Shown here: positions 38,669-48,446 of the stretch, one piece after another
How positions within the stretch are numbered: position 1 is the first letter of the stretch
Layout of the letters: each line of letters starts with the position of its first letter
IMG/VR virus record: IMGVR_UViG_3300025096_000004
Coordinates: 127,496 to 191,495 of that record
Source: a virus
Direction: 5' to 3' (one strand)
Length of the DNA stretch: 64,000 bases
Program-made: the position numbers and the translations under genes
The notes under the pieces: model-generated
Databases searched by the model: none
The model's input: only the letters and a program-made list of their open reading frames with translations
What the model was told of the DNA's origin: nothing

Positions 38669-39667
38669 ATGGAGGAAAAGATGAAAAAGGTTATTATAAT
38701 TGATGCACTTAATCTGTTTATTAGAAATTATGTTGTGAATCCCACAATGGACAGAAAGGGCATTCCCATCGGCGGCTGCATTGGATTTCTTAAATCAATG
38801 CAGAAAATTACAAGAATACTCCGACCTGACGAGATTATAGTTTGTTGGGACGGCATCGGTGGATCTCAAAGAAAGAAAGCAAAAAATAAAGACTATAAGG
38901 CCGGAAGAAAGCCTCTTCGGTTTAACAGACGAATGATTGAGCTTGACCCAGCCTCTCAGGAGCAAAATAGAATTTATCAACAAATTCGCCTTTATGAATA
39001 TCTTAACGAAATGCCAGTGATACAAGTATCGTTGGATGGAATAGAGGCAGATGACTTAATAGGACACATAGTACACCAAGATTACTATTCTGGTTGGGAA
39101 AAGGTCATTGTTTCAAGTGATAAAGATTTTTTTCAATTGGCTTCTGATGAAACAAGTGTATATCGACCCATTCAAGATACATTTGTTACGATTGAATCGC
39201 TTTTGGACAAGGACAGGATACATCCCAACAATTATGCACTTGCGAGGGCGTTGGTGGGCGACAAATCCGATAACTTGCCGGGAGTTCCGAGAGTTGGACT
39301 GAAAACGGTGGCAAAGTTGTTCAACTTTCTGTTGGAGTCAAAAAAATACACTGTATTCGATATTATTGAAAATTGCCGGAAACAGGATAAAATCACCGCC
39401 GCCCATAGAAATATTATAGACAACAATCAGTTGGTTTTTGAAAATTATGATATGATGCAGTTATATGATCCAATAATATCTTACACGAACAAACAATCGA
39501 TTGACTATCAAATTCAAAATTTTGAATTTGATTTTGCAAAAATTAATGTTACAAAGATGCTTTTTGAAGATGGCCAAGGTTCTTTAAATTTCAATGAGTT
39601 ATACACATATTTCAGAAGCTTTTCTGCATTAAACATTCATGAAAAAAAAATAAAAAATAGTATTTGA
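38669..39667 (+). CDS. 5'-3' exonuclease / flap endonuclease (T4 RNase H-like)
   Basis: IIDALN, YKAGR, EADDLIG, SSDKDFFQL and GDKSDNLPGV motifs. Confidence 0.95.
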   Translation: MEEKMKKVIIIDALNLFIRNYVVNPTMDRKGIPIGGCIGFLKSMQKITRILRPDEIIVCWDGIGGSQRKKAKNKDYKAGRKPLRFNRRMIELDPASQEQNRIYQQIRLYEYLNEMPVIQVSLDGIEADDLIGHIVHQDYYSGWEKVIVSSDKDFFQLASDETSVYRPIQDTFVTIESLLDKDRIHPNNYALARALVGDKSDNLPGVPRVGLKTVAKLFNFLLESKKYTVFDIIENCRKQDKITAAHRNIIDNNQLVFENYDMMQLYDPIISYTNKQSIDYQIQNFEFDFAKINVTKMLFEDGQGSLNFNELYTYFRSFSALNIHEKKIKNSI

Positions 39668-39692
39668 CAATGTTCTGTCAACGTGTTATATA
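39664..39692 (+). promoter_or_regulatory. sigma70-type promoter
   Basis: TTGACA-17-TATATA. Confidence 0.7.
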
Positions 39693-39717
39693 ATTATATT
39701 AGGTTTTGGAGGAAACT

Positions 39718-41073
39718 ATGGCTAATCAAACGGAGACTCTTTCCCGTTTCGGGAAATCGTTTCAAGAAAAGTTGTGTCAGCTTATCTTGGAAGATAGACC
39801 ATTCTGTGATCAAATCTCAGAGGTCTTAAATATAAATTTTTTAGAACTCAAATATCTTCAGGTGTTTGTAGAGACAATATTCAACTATCGAGATCGATAC
39901 AAGACTCATCCCAGTTATGAGTTGATGGCTACAATGCTTAAATCAGGTTTGTTGCAAGAAAATGGAGCCGTTAAAAAGCAGGTCCGAGATTATTATTCTA
40001 GAATAATGAGCGGTGCTGTCGTCGGTGCAGATTATATTAAAGAACAGGCCATAGATTTTTGCAAAAAACAAGTTCTAAAAGAAGCTATGATCAAATCTGT
40101 TGGGCTTTTAAAATCATCTTCTTATGATGAAATACAGAAGATCATCAATGACGCATTAAGGCTCGGTGTGGAAAACAACTTCGGCCACGATTATTTGAAA
40201 GATTTTGAACAGCGGTTTATCCTGAAGCCAAGACACCCTGTGAGCACCGGATGGGAACGCATAGATGATGTTAGTAAAGGCGGTCTTGGAAGAAGAGAGC
40301 TTGGAGTTGTTATTGCTCCCACTGGCGCCGGGAAATCGATGGTACTGTGCCATTTGGGCTCCCACGCTGTTAAGGATGGCAAAACAGTTATCCATTATAC
40401 TCTTGAGTTGGCAGATACGGTAGTTGGACAAAGATATGACTCTTGTATAAGTGGTGTCCCACTTGGCGATTTGTTGAGAAATAAAGAAAAAGTTTTTGAT
40501 GTTGTCCAAGACCTCGAAGGCCAACTAATTATTAAGGAATATCCAACAAAGTCGGCATCGACTTCCACAATTAAGAGTCATCTTGAAAAATTAAGGAAAC
40601 GCTCAATTGAGCCTGATATGATTATTGTCGATTATGCCGATTTATTAAAACCAATCAAATCAAGTAGCGAAAAGAGGCACGAATTGGAAAACATCTATGA
40701 AGAGCTTAGAGCAATAGCTCAGGTTTATAATTGTCCCGTGTGGACAGCCTCGCAGACCAATAGGTCTGGCCTGAATGCAGAGGTTATCACGATGGAATCT
40801 ATATCGGAAGCCTTTAATAAGTGCTTTGTTGCCGATTTTATCTTTTCTTTGTCTCGAACAATTCAAGATAAACAGGCGAATAAGGGCAGAGTTTTTGTAG
40901 CCAAAAACAGAAATGGACCAGATGGCTTGGTATTTCCAACCTTTATTGATTGGTCAAGCATATGTATGAAGGTATTGGAGAATACCGGAGAAGACACAGA
41001 CGATGCTGTTAAGGAAACCACGGCATCCGCGTTACAGTATTTGAAAACAAAATACGAACAACACAAGAAATAG
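39718..41073 (+). CDS. dnaB: replicative DNA helicase (DnaB/gp41-like)
   Basis: STGW..ID, APTGAGKS, YTLEL, IVDYADLL, WTASQTNR and AKNRNG motifs. Confidence 0.95.
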   Translation: MANQTETLSRFGKSFQEKLCQLILEDRPFCDQISEVLNINFLELKYLQVFVETIFNYRDRYKTHPSYELMATMLKSGLLQENGAVKKQVRDYYSRIMSGAVVGADYIKEQAIDFCKKQVLKEAMIKSVGLLKSSSYDEIQKIINDALRLGVENNFGHDYLKDFEQRFILKPRHPVSTGWERIDDVSKGGLGRRELGVVIAPTGAGKSMVLCHLGSHAVKDGKTVIHYTLELADTVVGQRYDSCISGVPLGDLLRNKEKVFDVVQDLEGQLIIKEYPTKSASTSTIKSHLEKLRKRSIEPDMIIVDYADLLKPIKSSSEKRHELENIYEELRAIAQVYNCPVWTASQTNRSGLNAEVITMESISEAFNKCFVADFIFSLSRTIQDKQANKGRVFVAKNRNGPDGLVFPTFIDWSSICMKVLENTGEDTDDAVKETTASALQYLKTKYEQHKK

Positions 41074-41082
41074 GAGAACATT

Positions 41083-43056
41083 GTGGTGAAACTAGCAGAC
41101 ATTAGTGTGAGAAAGTTTAAACTATCGGATCAATTTATTAACCAATATAGAGAAAAGACCGTTCCGTGGGGACCAGTCGGATATATTACATTTAAAAGAA
41201 CCTATGCAAGGCGTTTGAGTGAGTTTGATCCCAACGCTACAGGCACAGAAGAGTGGTATCAAACATGTCGCAGAGTAATTGAGGGCATGTTTGATATTCA
41301 AAAGCGCCATGTTGTGGCCACAGGTCTCGAATGGAATGATGCCAAAGCCCAAAGAACAGCAAAAGAAGCTTATGATAGGCTGTTTACTCTCAAGTGGACA
41401 CCTCCCGGCAGAGGATTGTGGATGATGGGTACAAAGTTTATTTATGAGCGCACAGGCGCAGGACTTTTTAATTGTGCATTCCGCTCTACCAAAGATCTTG
41501 GCTCCAAAGGCGGCTATTTATTCTCTTGGATGATGGATGCTTTAATGGTCGGAATTGGTGTTGGGTTTGATACTCTTGCCGCCGGTACTTTCACGGTCAA
41601 AGAGCCTCAGTGGACCAACGACATTCACATGATTGAGGACTCTCGCGAGGGCTGGGTCAACTCTGTCCACCTGATATTAGATGGCTATTTCTTGGGCAAG
41701 AAAGTGCCCCAGTTCGATTACTCCTTGATCCGTGGTATCGGAGAGCCCATCAAGGGCTTTGGTGGCACCGCAAGCGGAGCAGGTCCCTTAATTGAGCTAC
41801 ACAAGAATCTTAAAGAGCTATATGTGAACAAGGCCGGAGAAGAGATAACATCGGTTGATATTGTCGACACAGAAAATCTTATCGGACGGTGCGTCGTCGC
41901 AGGCAATGTCCGCCGTTCCGCCGCACTCGCCCTCGGCCAAGCCGAGGATAAAAGTTATTTAACAATGAAGAATGACCAAGAAAAACTCTATCACCATCGA
42001 TGGGGCTCCAACAACTCATTTGAGGCTAAAGTTGGAATGGACTATACTTGGCATGCCGAACAAAGTCAACAAAATGGTGAGCCGGGCTACATTTGGCTTG
42101 ACAATGCAAGATACTATGGTAGGATGAAGGATGGCATTAGATATGATGATACAAAGGTGATGGGATTTAATCCCTGTGTCGAGCAACAACTTGAAGACGG
42201 AGAATTATGTTGTCTTGTTGAGACATTCCCCGCAAAGCACGACACCTATGAAGACTATCTTAGAACCTTGAAGATCGCTTATCTGTATGGCAAGACAGTT
42301 ACCCTGATTAATACCCATTGGCCTGAGACTAATGCCATCATGTTAAAAAATAGAAGAATCGGCCTATCTCAATCTGGTGTGGTCCAAGCGTTTAATAAGT
42401 TTGGCAGACGACAAGTCTATGAGTGGTGTGACAATGCTTACGATGAAGTTCAGGCAATGGACATTGAATATTCAGATTGGCTTTGTATACCCCGTTCTGT
42501 TCGTATGACATCGATAAAGCCTTCTGGAACTGTATCTTTGTTAAATGGTTCAACTCCCGGCATACATTTTCCCGAGGATGAATACTATATTCGACGGATC
42601 CGCTTTGCCACAACATCCGATTTACTTCCAGCACTTAAGTCCGCTGGCTATAAGATAGAAGAAGATGCTTATTCTCCGAATACAATGTGTGTTGAGTTTC
42701 CTGTTTACGAGCCTCATTTCACAAAAGGAAAGCGCGATGTTTCTATGTGGGAGCAATTGGAGATAGCAGCCCAGTATCAGCACTTTTGGGCCGACAATAG
42801 TGTGTCCATTACAGTCACGTTCAAACCATCCGAAGCGCCTCAGTTGAAAGATGCACTTGAGATGTACGAAACCCGCCTCAAGGCTGTTTCTTTTTTGAAA
42901 TATGAAGAAACTGGCTACAAACAGGCTCCTTATGAGCCAATTACAAAAAAACAATATGAAGAGATGATCTCGAAGGTTGTCCCAGTTCAGAGAATAAACA
43001 CTGAACAAGCCGGAGCCGGGTCTAAATTTTGTACAAACGATACATGCACAATTTAA
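41083..43056 (+). CDS. nrdJ: class II (adenosylcobalamin-dependent) ribonucleotide reductase, monomeric RTPR type
   Basis: PPGRGLW, FNCAF, GNVRRSA, NPCVEQ, ELCCLVE, TSIKPSGTVS and a C-terminal CxxxxC. Confidence 0.95.
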   Translation: MVKLADISVRKFKLSDQFINQYREKTVPWGPVGYITFKRTYARRLSEFDPNATGTEEWYQTCRRVIEGMFDIQKRHVVATGLEWNDAKAQRTAKEAYDRLFTLKWTPPGRGLWMMGTKFIYERTGAGLFNCAFRSTKDLGSKGGYLFSWMMDALMVGIGVGFDTLAAGTFTVKEPQWTNDIHMIEDSREGWVNSVHLILDGYFLGKKVPQFDYSLIRGIGEPIKGFGGTASGAGPLIELHKNLKELYVNKAGEEITSVDIVDTENLIGRCVVAGNVRRSAALALGQAEDKSYLTMKNDQEKLYHHRWGSNNSFEAKVGMDYTWHAEQSQQNGEPGYIWLDNARYYGRMKDGIRYDDTKVMGFNPCVEQQLEDGELCCLVETFPAKHDTYEDYLRTLKIAYLYGKTVTLINTHWPETNAIMLKNRRIGLSQSGVVQAFNKFGRRQVYEWCDNAYDEVQAMDIEYSDWLCIPRSVRMTSIKPSGTVSLLNGSTPGIHFPEDEYYIRRIRFATTSDLLPALKSAGYKIEEDAYSPNTMCVEFPVYEPHFTKGKRDVSMWEQLEIAAQYQHFWADNSVSITVTFKPSEAPQLKDALEMYETRLKAVSFLKYEETGYKQAPYEPITKKQYEEMISKVVPVQRINTEQAGAGSKFCTNDTCTI

Positions 43057-43066
43057 AGGAGAAAAA

Positions 43067-43351
43067 ATGCATTTTTTACCATTTAATCGTCACTTAGTTG
43101 TCGATTTGATTGAACAAGAAGAAAAAATAGATGAAAGTATTATAGTGCTGCCATCTGATTATGAAAAGCCTGTGTCACCCTATGCCAAGGCTATACTTAT
43201 AGAAGCGTCCAGAGATTCAAAATTTTATGACTCTTTGCAAACCAATGATACAATATTGGTTGAAAGGAGAATGTTACATAAAATTGAAATTGATGACTCT
43301 TCTTTCTATTTAATATTAGAAAATTATATTTTTGGGAGAATTGATACATGA
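43067..43351 (+). CDS. groES: co-chaperonin GroES-like
   Basis: FLPFNRHLVV, mobile loop IIVLP, DTILV and LILENYIFG align by eye to the GroES pattern. Confidence 0.75.
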   Translation: MHFLPFNRHLVVDLIEQEEKIDESIIVLPSDYEKPVSPYAKAILIEASRDSKFYDSLQTNDTILVERRMLHKIEIDDSSFYLILENYIFGRIDT

Positions 43352-43941
43352 AATTAACAAAAGACAACCTTCGCTCTTTAATCAAAGAAGTGACTTTCGA
43401 GAGACAGAAAAGCTCTATGATTCTGTCCGAGACACCACCTGACACTGAAGATCCGCTTCCCAGCGACGTATCAAGGAAAACTTACGACAGAATCATAGAC
43501 GTTTTGGAGGGCCGAGACCCTTCCGTGGAAACCATCGTCATAATGTCGGGCCAAAACCCTATGGCCCAAGAAACAGACGCAGCTAAAAATGCCATGCTAG
43601 ACAATAGACTTAAAAAAGATCTCACCAGCATGAATTTGCAATTCATCCCGGTTGGTGGCAAATTTGACAATGATGAGGACTCTGTTTTGATTATGAACCC
43701 ATCTCGCGCACAGGCCGAAAGTTTAAACAGAAAATATAACCAATGGGGTTATGTCTGGGGCGAGAAATTGCCAAATTTTCAAATGATCCAAGTTGATTAT
43801 GATAAAGATCAGGGCGAATTTCAGGCTCCCGGCTCCAAAGTGACCACCTTTGTCATAAAGGACAAAAAAGCTCAATTGGCCCAAGACAATTATACTTTTG
43901 ATTACGAGTCTGGTCTTAAATTTCTCATTCCATTATATTGA
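43348..43941 (+). CDS. hypothetical protein (DUF3293-like pattern) with MKLTK..L..LIKE leader
   Basis: IMSGQNP...L..DL...E.S.LI...KYNQ pattern. Confidence 0.5.
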   Translation: MKLTKDNLRSLIKEVTFERQKSSMILSETPPDTEDPLPSDVSRKTYDRIIDVLEGRDPSVETIVIMSGQNPMAQETDAAKNAMLDNRLKKDLTSMNLQFIPVGGKFDNDEDSVLIMNPSRAQAESLNRKYNQWGYVWGEKLPNFQMIQVDYDKDQGEFQAPGSKVTTFVIKDKKAQLAQDNYTFDYESGLKFLIPLY

Positions 43942-43949
43942 GGTGATTA

Positions 43950-44660
43950 GTGAAAAGTATATTTTTATATGATGACAGCATCGGCAAGGTAGACCTTGTA
44001 CAGCATATGGGTTCTGACTTGACAGTTGTCAATAGCGCAAGGGTGTCATTTGGAATAGAAAAAGAAGAACTGGATACCCGAGACAAAAAGTTGATCAATT
44101 ATCTTATAAAACACAGACACACTTCAACTTTGGAGCACTGTAGTGTAACTTTTAAATTTACAGTTCCGCTATTTGTTCGATCACAGCACCACAGACATAG
44201 AACGTGGAGTTATAATGAAATATCCAGACGCTATACTTCTAAAGATTTACAATTTTATACTCCCGACTCGTTCAGAACCCAGCATGAATCAAATCGACAA
44301 GCATCTAATGAGGCTGAACTCATCGACCCGGTAATTATCCCAGATTTATATGATATTGGTTATGGAGTAACAGCTTCGAATTTAATAAATCGAGCCACTA
44401 AGGAGAGCGTTGGATTGTTTAACATGCTTTTAAAATCCGGCGTGTGTCGTGAGCAGGCAAGAATGGTTTTGCCTCAAAACTTATATACAGAATATTATGG
44501 AACGGTCAATCTTAATAATTTACTTAAGTTCGTCGACTTGCGAACCCACGAAGGAGCCCAATGGGAAATTAGAAGAGTTGCAGAGGCTTGTTTACAGTTT
44601 GCTAATGACCTTTTCCCAATAACGGTTAAGTCCTATAGGGAACTTAGAGGTGGGAAATAG
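43950..44660 (+). CDS. thyX: flavin-dependent thymidylate synthase
   Basis: RHR motif (QHHRHRTWSYNEISRRY), NSARVS and EQARMVLP. Confidence 0.97.
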   Translation: MKSIFLYDDSIGKVDLVQHMGSDLTVVNSARVSFGIEKEELDTRDKKLINYLIKHRHTSTLEHCSVTFKFTVPLFVRSQHHRHRTWSYNEISRRYTSKDLQFYTPDSFRTQHESNRQASNEAELIDPVIIPDLYDIGYGVTASNLINRATKESVGLFNMLLKSGVCREQARMVLPQNLYTEYYGTVNLNNLLKFVDLRTHEGAQWEIRRVAEACLQFANDLFPITVKSYRELRGGK

Positions 44661-44946
44661 GCCACTAAGGGTTGGCAATTTAATTATTTTGAGTGCTTTT
44701 GGCAAATCAGTTATGAAACCAAACAATGCCAAAGTCGGAATCGTGATTTCAGGCCCTTATGAAAAGAATTATATGTGTGCCAAAACTGGCCTATATGTCA
44801 AATATTTCACCTATGATGTTATCTTGGGAGAGGAACTACTTAAGGACATACCAGAAGACTTTATTTATAGAATGGGAGACGATGACCATGAAGAGAATCC
44901 ACGAGGGTTGGAAGAGATATTTGAACGAGATGGAGATGAAGAGTGA
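44650..44946 (+). CDS. small SH3/KOW-like hypothetical protein
   Basis: LRVGNLI...GIVIS pattern. Confidence 0.45.
   Translation: MGNRPLRVGNLIILSAFGKSVMKPNNAKVGIVISGPYEKNYMCAKTGLYVKYFTYDVILGEELLKDIPEDFIYRMGDDDHEENPRGLEEIFERDGDEE
44835..44842 (+). promoter_or_regulatory. putative late promoter motif
   Basis: ACTACTTA about 45 nt upstream of ATG 44888. Confidence 0.4.
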
Positions 44947-45619
44947 CCCCCATCAAAGTCGATTAAAAGTTGGCGAAAAGATGCGGGATTTTCTTTTTTC
45001 CCCTTTACAAATCGTAGATCCAAGTCTTGACATGTCAATGCGGGCAAGTGGGAATGTCGCCTCCACATATAACTTCTTATATTGGGCTGTGTTTGGGACA
45101 AAGCAAGAGAGAAAAGAAAACCCGGGAAGAATTTATCGCCCCAAATTGGGCCTAGAGTTTGCGCATCAAAAAGTTGAAATGCTGATGTTAAAACTTACTG
45201 ACGATGAAGAGAGAACTCTCGCTGCTGACATTGATACCATCATAGAGGTGGTAAAGACTAAACAACACCCCACAAGTAGTGTTCAAATACCAGTGACACT
45301 GACTGGGCATCCAAACGTGGAGCCTTCGTTTGGAACAACATTTTTCGGTGGCTCCGGGGCAGTTGACTGGGGCATGGGTGGTTCGATTTTGACACCAGAT
45401 GGCAAGAGTTATTTGATTTACATCTTGGAAAAAATTAAAAGCCAATTACCTGAAACAGATATTGAACCTCTCCCACCAAAGGACTTGACTAGTTTGTATT
45501 TCTTGGGCCAGCCCTTTGTTCCTGCTGGTCCTGCTGATGGTGTCGAAAAGGGACACTTCTCTTCAAAAGCATTTGATTATGAAGCTTTTTTGAAGTCAAT
45601 TGGCAGAGGTGGTAAGTGA
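44888..45619 (+). CDS. hypothetical protein with MKRIHEGWKRYLNE leader
   Basis: Start reassigned to ATG 44888 (GGGAG RBS, leader motif). Confidence 0.6.
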   Translation: MKRIHEGWKRYLNEMEMKSDPHQSRLKVGEKMRDFLFSPLQIVDPSLDMSMRASGNVASTYNFLYWAVFGTKQERKENPGRIYRPKLGLEFAHQKVEMLMLKLTDDEERTLAADIDTIIEVVKTKQHPTSSVQIPVTLTGHPNVEPSFGTTFFGGSGAVDWGMGGSILTPDGKSYLIYILEKIKSQLPETDIEPLPPKDLTSLYFLGQPFVPAGPADGVEKGHFSSKAFDYEAFLKSIGRGGK

Positions 45620-46425
45620 TAGGTCACACCTTTTCGATGGACAAATTGGTCATCGGGGGGAGTTTAGAGTCCCTTTTGTATTCATATATAACCGAAACTC
45701 CAATTGTTATTGACCAGCCCCGCCGACCGTCTGAAATAAGCGAAGTACACCCTACTTTGAACTTTTGTTTTTTAGGATATAGACCAGAAGAAAAGATATT
45801 TTCTCTTCAACTCTGGGATCGCCTATCTTTTTTATTATCGTTGTCTGGTCTTCTCTTGTTTCCCAATTCAATTGAAAACATTCGAGGAGAAGTCGGTAAA
45901 CTATATGTTTCGACTTATAATCTGGGAAAGTTTGAAGTCACATTTAATAAGTTAAAGAAGTTCGATTCGCAGTTGACAAATTTCGCATGGATGCATGATT
46001 GGTTCGCCGTTCGATCTGGAGGAAAACATGATATCGATAAGCTTGAAGATGAGGAATATTTAGCGAACAAATTGGTGTTCTACCCCTCTAAAAGAATCGG
46101 AGTCAGGGGAGCCAGAGATGTCGTGTCGATAACTTATCTCAAAATTGATAAGATTTATGATATTGAGTATTCTGAGGCGTATGTTTCTCTTAAAACTAGA
46201 ATGATGATGAAACAAGCAGGTATCCGAGGTACCAGTAAGGGATATGATAGGTATCGAAAAAGAAAATTTGATCCAATCAAAATAGAACACCTCCATCGAG
46301 ATATTACAGAGCAAATAGTTCCCAATATGACTTTGGGACAGATATTAGACTTACCAAGAAACACCAAGGGTAAATTATGGAAAATGACAGCAAGCCTTTT
46401 CAGACGACAGTTTCCTTTCATCTAG
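45616..46425 (+). CDS. hypothetical protein with degenerate dinucleotide-binding-like N-terminus
   Basis: DKLVIGGSLESLLYSY resembles a Rossmann beta-alpha start. Confidence 0.45.
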   Translation: MIGHTFSMDKLVIGGSLESLLYSYITETPIVIDQPRRPSEISEVHPTLNFCFLGYRPEEKIFSLQLWDRLSFLLSLSGLLLFPNSIENIRGEVGKLYVSTYNLGKFEVTFNKLKKFDSQLTNFAWMHDWFAVRSGGKHDIDKLEDEEYLANKLVFYPSKRIGVRGARDVVSITYLKIDKIYDIEYSEAYVSLKTRMMMKQAGIRGTSKGYDRYRKRKFDPIKIEHLHRDITEQIVPNMTLGQILDLPRNTKGKLWKMTASLFRRQFPFI

Positions 46426-47300
46426 CGGGAATCGTACCAGTTGCTGGCCAACCGTTGGATTTTGATCTTGACGTGCCTGATTGTCTTATGCCAATTGCCC
46501 CCAACTATACACTTGTTGAACATGCCATTTATGAATGTGCGATGGCCGGCTGCGAAACTATTTGGCTAGTGTGCAATGATGATATAGCACCCCTGATAAG
46601 ACATCGAGTGGGTGATTATATTCAAGACCCTGTTTATATTGGGAGAAAATCTAGATTCCCATCTACTGAAAGAATCCAGATTCCTATTTTTTATGTCCCC
46701 ATACACCCCAAAGATAGGGACAAGAGAGATTGTTTATCGTGGTCTGTTATCCACGGCGCTCTGATCAGTTTAAAGGTTAGCTCTCAATTGAGCAAGTGGG
46801 TTATTCCTGATAAGTATTTTGTTTCTTTCCCATATGGAGTGTATCCTGTTGAGGAGTTGCGAGAACATAGAAAGCTAATTTCTTCTAAAAATAATTTTTA
46901 TATATCTTATCAAGATAAGGACATATCGAATGATTTGTATTGTAGCTTTACTTTTGGTAAGGACGATTTTGTAAAGTATAGGAGAAACATTCGCAAAAAA
47001 GGGACTGGAATGTATACCACTGACGTAGTTGATGAGAGGGGCATACCCAGATCATTTCTTCCGGTAGAACAAAGATATTCCGCAAGGTTTTTTAAACCAT
47101 CAGATGTTTTTACTGATTTGGACATCTCCACATCAGCAATTTTTTCGCCATCTAGTTTTCAAAATATATCTTCGTGGCAGGAATATCGCGAATATATGAC
47201 CTCTGCGCTTTCTATGGAGATTAAACGCCCATGGAAGGGAATATTGAAATATAGAGAGTTTAATCCTATAGGCGTAGATGTCGTTGATAGCGAAAACTAG
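46377..47300 (+). CDS. sugar-nucleotidyltransferase-like (GT-A fold) protein, divergent
   Basis: AGIVPVAG...CLMPI...LVEHAIYEC..AG..TIWLV matches an NTP_transferase N-terminus but lacks G.GTR. Confidence 0.65.
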   Translation: MENDSKPFQTTVSFHLAGIVPVAGQPLDFDLDVPDCLMPIAPNYTLVEHAIYECAMAGCETIWLVCNDDIAPLIRHRVGDYIQDPVYIGRKSRFPSTERIQIPIFYVPIHPKDRDKRDCLSWSVIHGALISLKVSSQLSKWVIPDKYFVSFPYGVYPVEELREHRKLISSKNNFYISYQDKDISNDLYCSFTFGKDDFVKYRRNIRKKGTGMYTTDVVDERGIPRSFLPVEQRYSARFFKPSDVFTDLDISTSAIFSPSSFQNISSWQEYREYMTSALSMEIKRPWKGILKYREFNPIGVDVVDSEN

Positions 47301-47303
47301 TTA
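47296..47303 (+). promoter_or_regulatory. putative late promoter motif
   Basis: ACTAGTTA before the 47331 gene. Confidence 0.5.
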
Positions 47304-47330
47304 AATATATAGAAAGACAGGAGGATTTAC

Positions 47331-47543
47331 ATGAACACAACAAAGAAAAACCCTAATTTCCCCTCACATGGGCGGAAAATAACCTTTTCGCAGATGCGAA
47401 CTATTCGCTTGATAGCACTATTATCATTGTCATTGAATTGTTTTTTGTTTTTATGTTTGTGGATTTTAGAAGCTAGAGTATCCAAGTTGGAATCCAAACA
47501 TGTTGATAATACCCCTTTAGAAATCAATTTTGGGTCGAAATAG
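47331..47543 (+). CDS. small single-TM protein
   Basis: GGAGG RBS; hydrophobic LIALLSLSLNCFLFLCLWIL followed by a short coiled-coil-like stretch. Confidence 0.6.
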   Translation: MNTTKKNPNFPSHGRKITFSQMRTIRLIALLSLSLNCFLFLCLWILEARVSKLESKHVDNTPLEINFGSK

Positions 47544-47556
47544 AATACTTACTTAT

Positions 47557-47787
47557 ATGGAGCCAAAATTTTTCATAGGCCAAAATGTGGTTATAACCAA
47601 GAATGTTACCTTTCTTTTTGAAGATGTTGTCGTTCGTGCCGGAGAAGTCGGAGAGGTCGTGGAGCACGATTTTTTTGTTTTAGCGCCTGACGACGAACCA
47701 ATGATAGACTATATTGTTAAGGTTGGAACTCGAACTTTGTTTTTTTATGTATTTGAGTTGGCCCCATACCCAACATTGGAGGATTAA
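47557..47787 (+). CDS. small SH3/KOW-like hypothetical protein
   Basis: KFFIGQNVVI...GEVGEVV...DYIVKVG pattern. Confidence 0.5.
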   Translation: MEPKFFIGQNVVITKNVTFLFEDVVVRAGEVGEVVEHDFFVLAPDDEPMIDYIVKVGTRTLFFYVFELAPYPTLED

Positions 47788-47790
47788 GCT

Positions 47791-47976
47791 ATGCTTTCTG
47801 GCTGTGCTTTGCGTGTCATTAAAGAATGTGAGCCATTGATTATTGGAGAAACCGTATATTGTATTGAAGATTGCCCCAAAAGGCAAATAATTAGGGTGTG
47901 GTGCAGCCGCACTGTATTTGGAGTCAATGAGGTAATCTTCAACTATGCAAGAAGAGAGTGCTTTAAAATTATTTAA
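47791..47976 (+). CDS. hypothetical protein
   Basis: GGAGG RBS, 61 aa. Confidence 0.5.
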   Translation: MLSGCALRVIKECEPLIIGETVYCIEDCPKRQIIRVWCSRTVFGVNEVIFNYARRECFKII

Positions 47977-48199
47977 AGTAGGTGAATTAGTTCAATATGT
48001 ATCGTACTATAACGATCCCGATGGCCCGTGGAAAATGTTTGGCGATCTGGGCATCATTGTGTCTATTAGGGTTGTTGAGGATAAATACCAAGTTGTTAAA
48101 GTTAGGTGGTTTTCCGATAATTCTGAAATTGATATGGCACCAGAGTGTTTGATGAAAGTCAAAATTTCTGAAGATTCTGACTTGACAGGTGAACAATAG
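47945..48199 (+). CDS. small SH3/KOW-like hypothetical protein
   Basis: FKVGELV...LGIIVSI...VVKVRW pattern. Confidence 0.55.
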   Translation: MQEESALKLFKVGELVQYVSYYNDPDGPWKMFGDLGIIVSIRVVEDKYQVVKVRWFSDNSEIDMAPECLMKVKISEDSDLTGEQ

Positions 48200-48210
48200 T
48201 TTGTTATAAT
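48182..48210 (+). promoter_or_regulatory. sigma70-type promoter
   Basis: TTGACA-17-TATAAT. Confidence 0.85.
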
Positions 48211-48228
48211 ATATAATATGGAGAAAAT

Positions 48229-48405
48229 ATGTCTTATTCTACAGAAGAAAGTCAATGGATGTTTGTAACCAGCACGATTAGAAAATTAAAAACCCTAAAT
48301 CACTGGGTTATGACTGGGGAACCGCACAAGCAGCATATAAAGAATGCAATAAAGGAATTAGAAAAAGCTCAAGAAATCTTGCGAAAAAAGGTTGACAAAG
48401 ACTAA
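48229..48405 (+). CDS. small hypothetical protein (58 aa, below track cutoff)
   Basis: Own promoter and GGAG RBS; MSYSTEESQWMF...KKVDKD. Confidence 0.55.
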   Translation: MSYSTEESQWMFVTSTIRKLKTLNHWVMTGEPHKQHIKNAIKELEKAQEILRKKVDKD

Positions 48406-48420
48406 GTTTCATGTTATATT
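48392..48420 (+). promoter_or_regulatory. sigma70-type promoter
   Basis: TTGACA-17-TATATT before dnaE. Confidence 0.85.
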
Positions 48421-48446
48421 ATTAATATGAAACGTGGAGGTTTTAT

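Noticed and set aside
9761-41520. Intragenic CTATTTA near-matches (about 9765, 13334, 23208, 41513)
   Set aside because: They lack the leading A, lie inside coding regions far from a start, and are expected by chance in AT-rich DNA.
44759-44887. Extended N-termini given by the track for several genes (44759, 9613, 33295, 52481, 60849, 61161)
   Set aside because: The upstream starts run through promoters or neighbouring genes; downstream ATGs have RBS or motif support.
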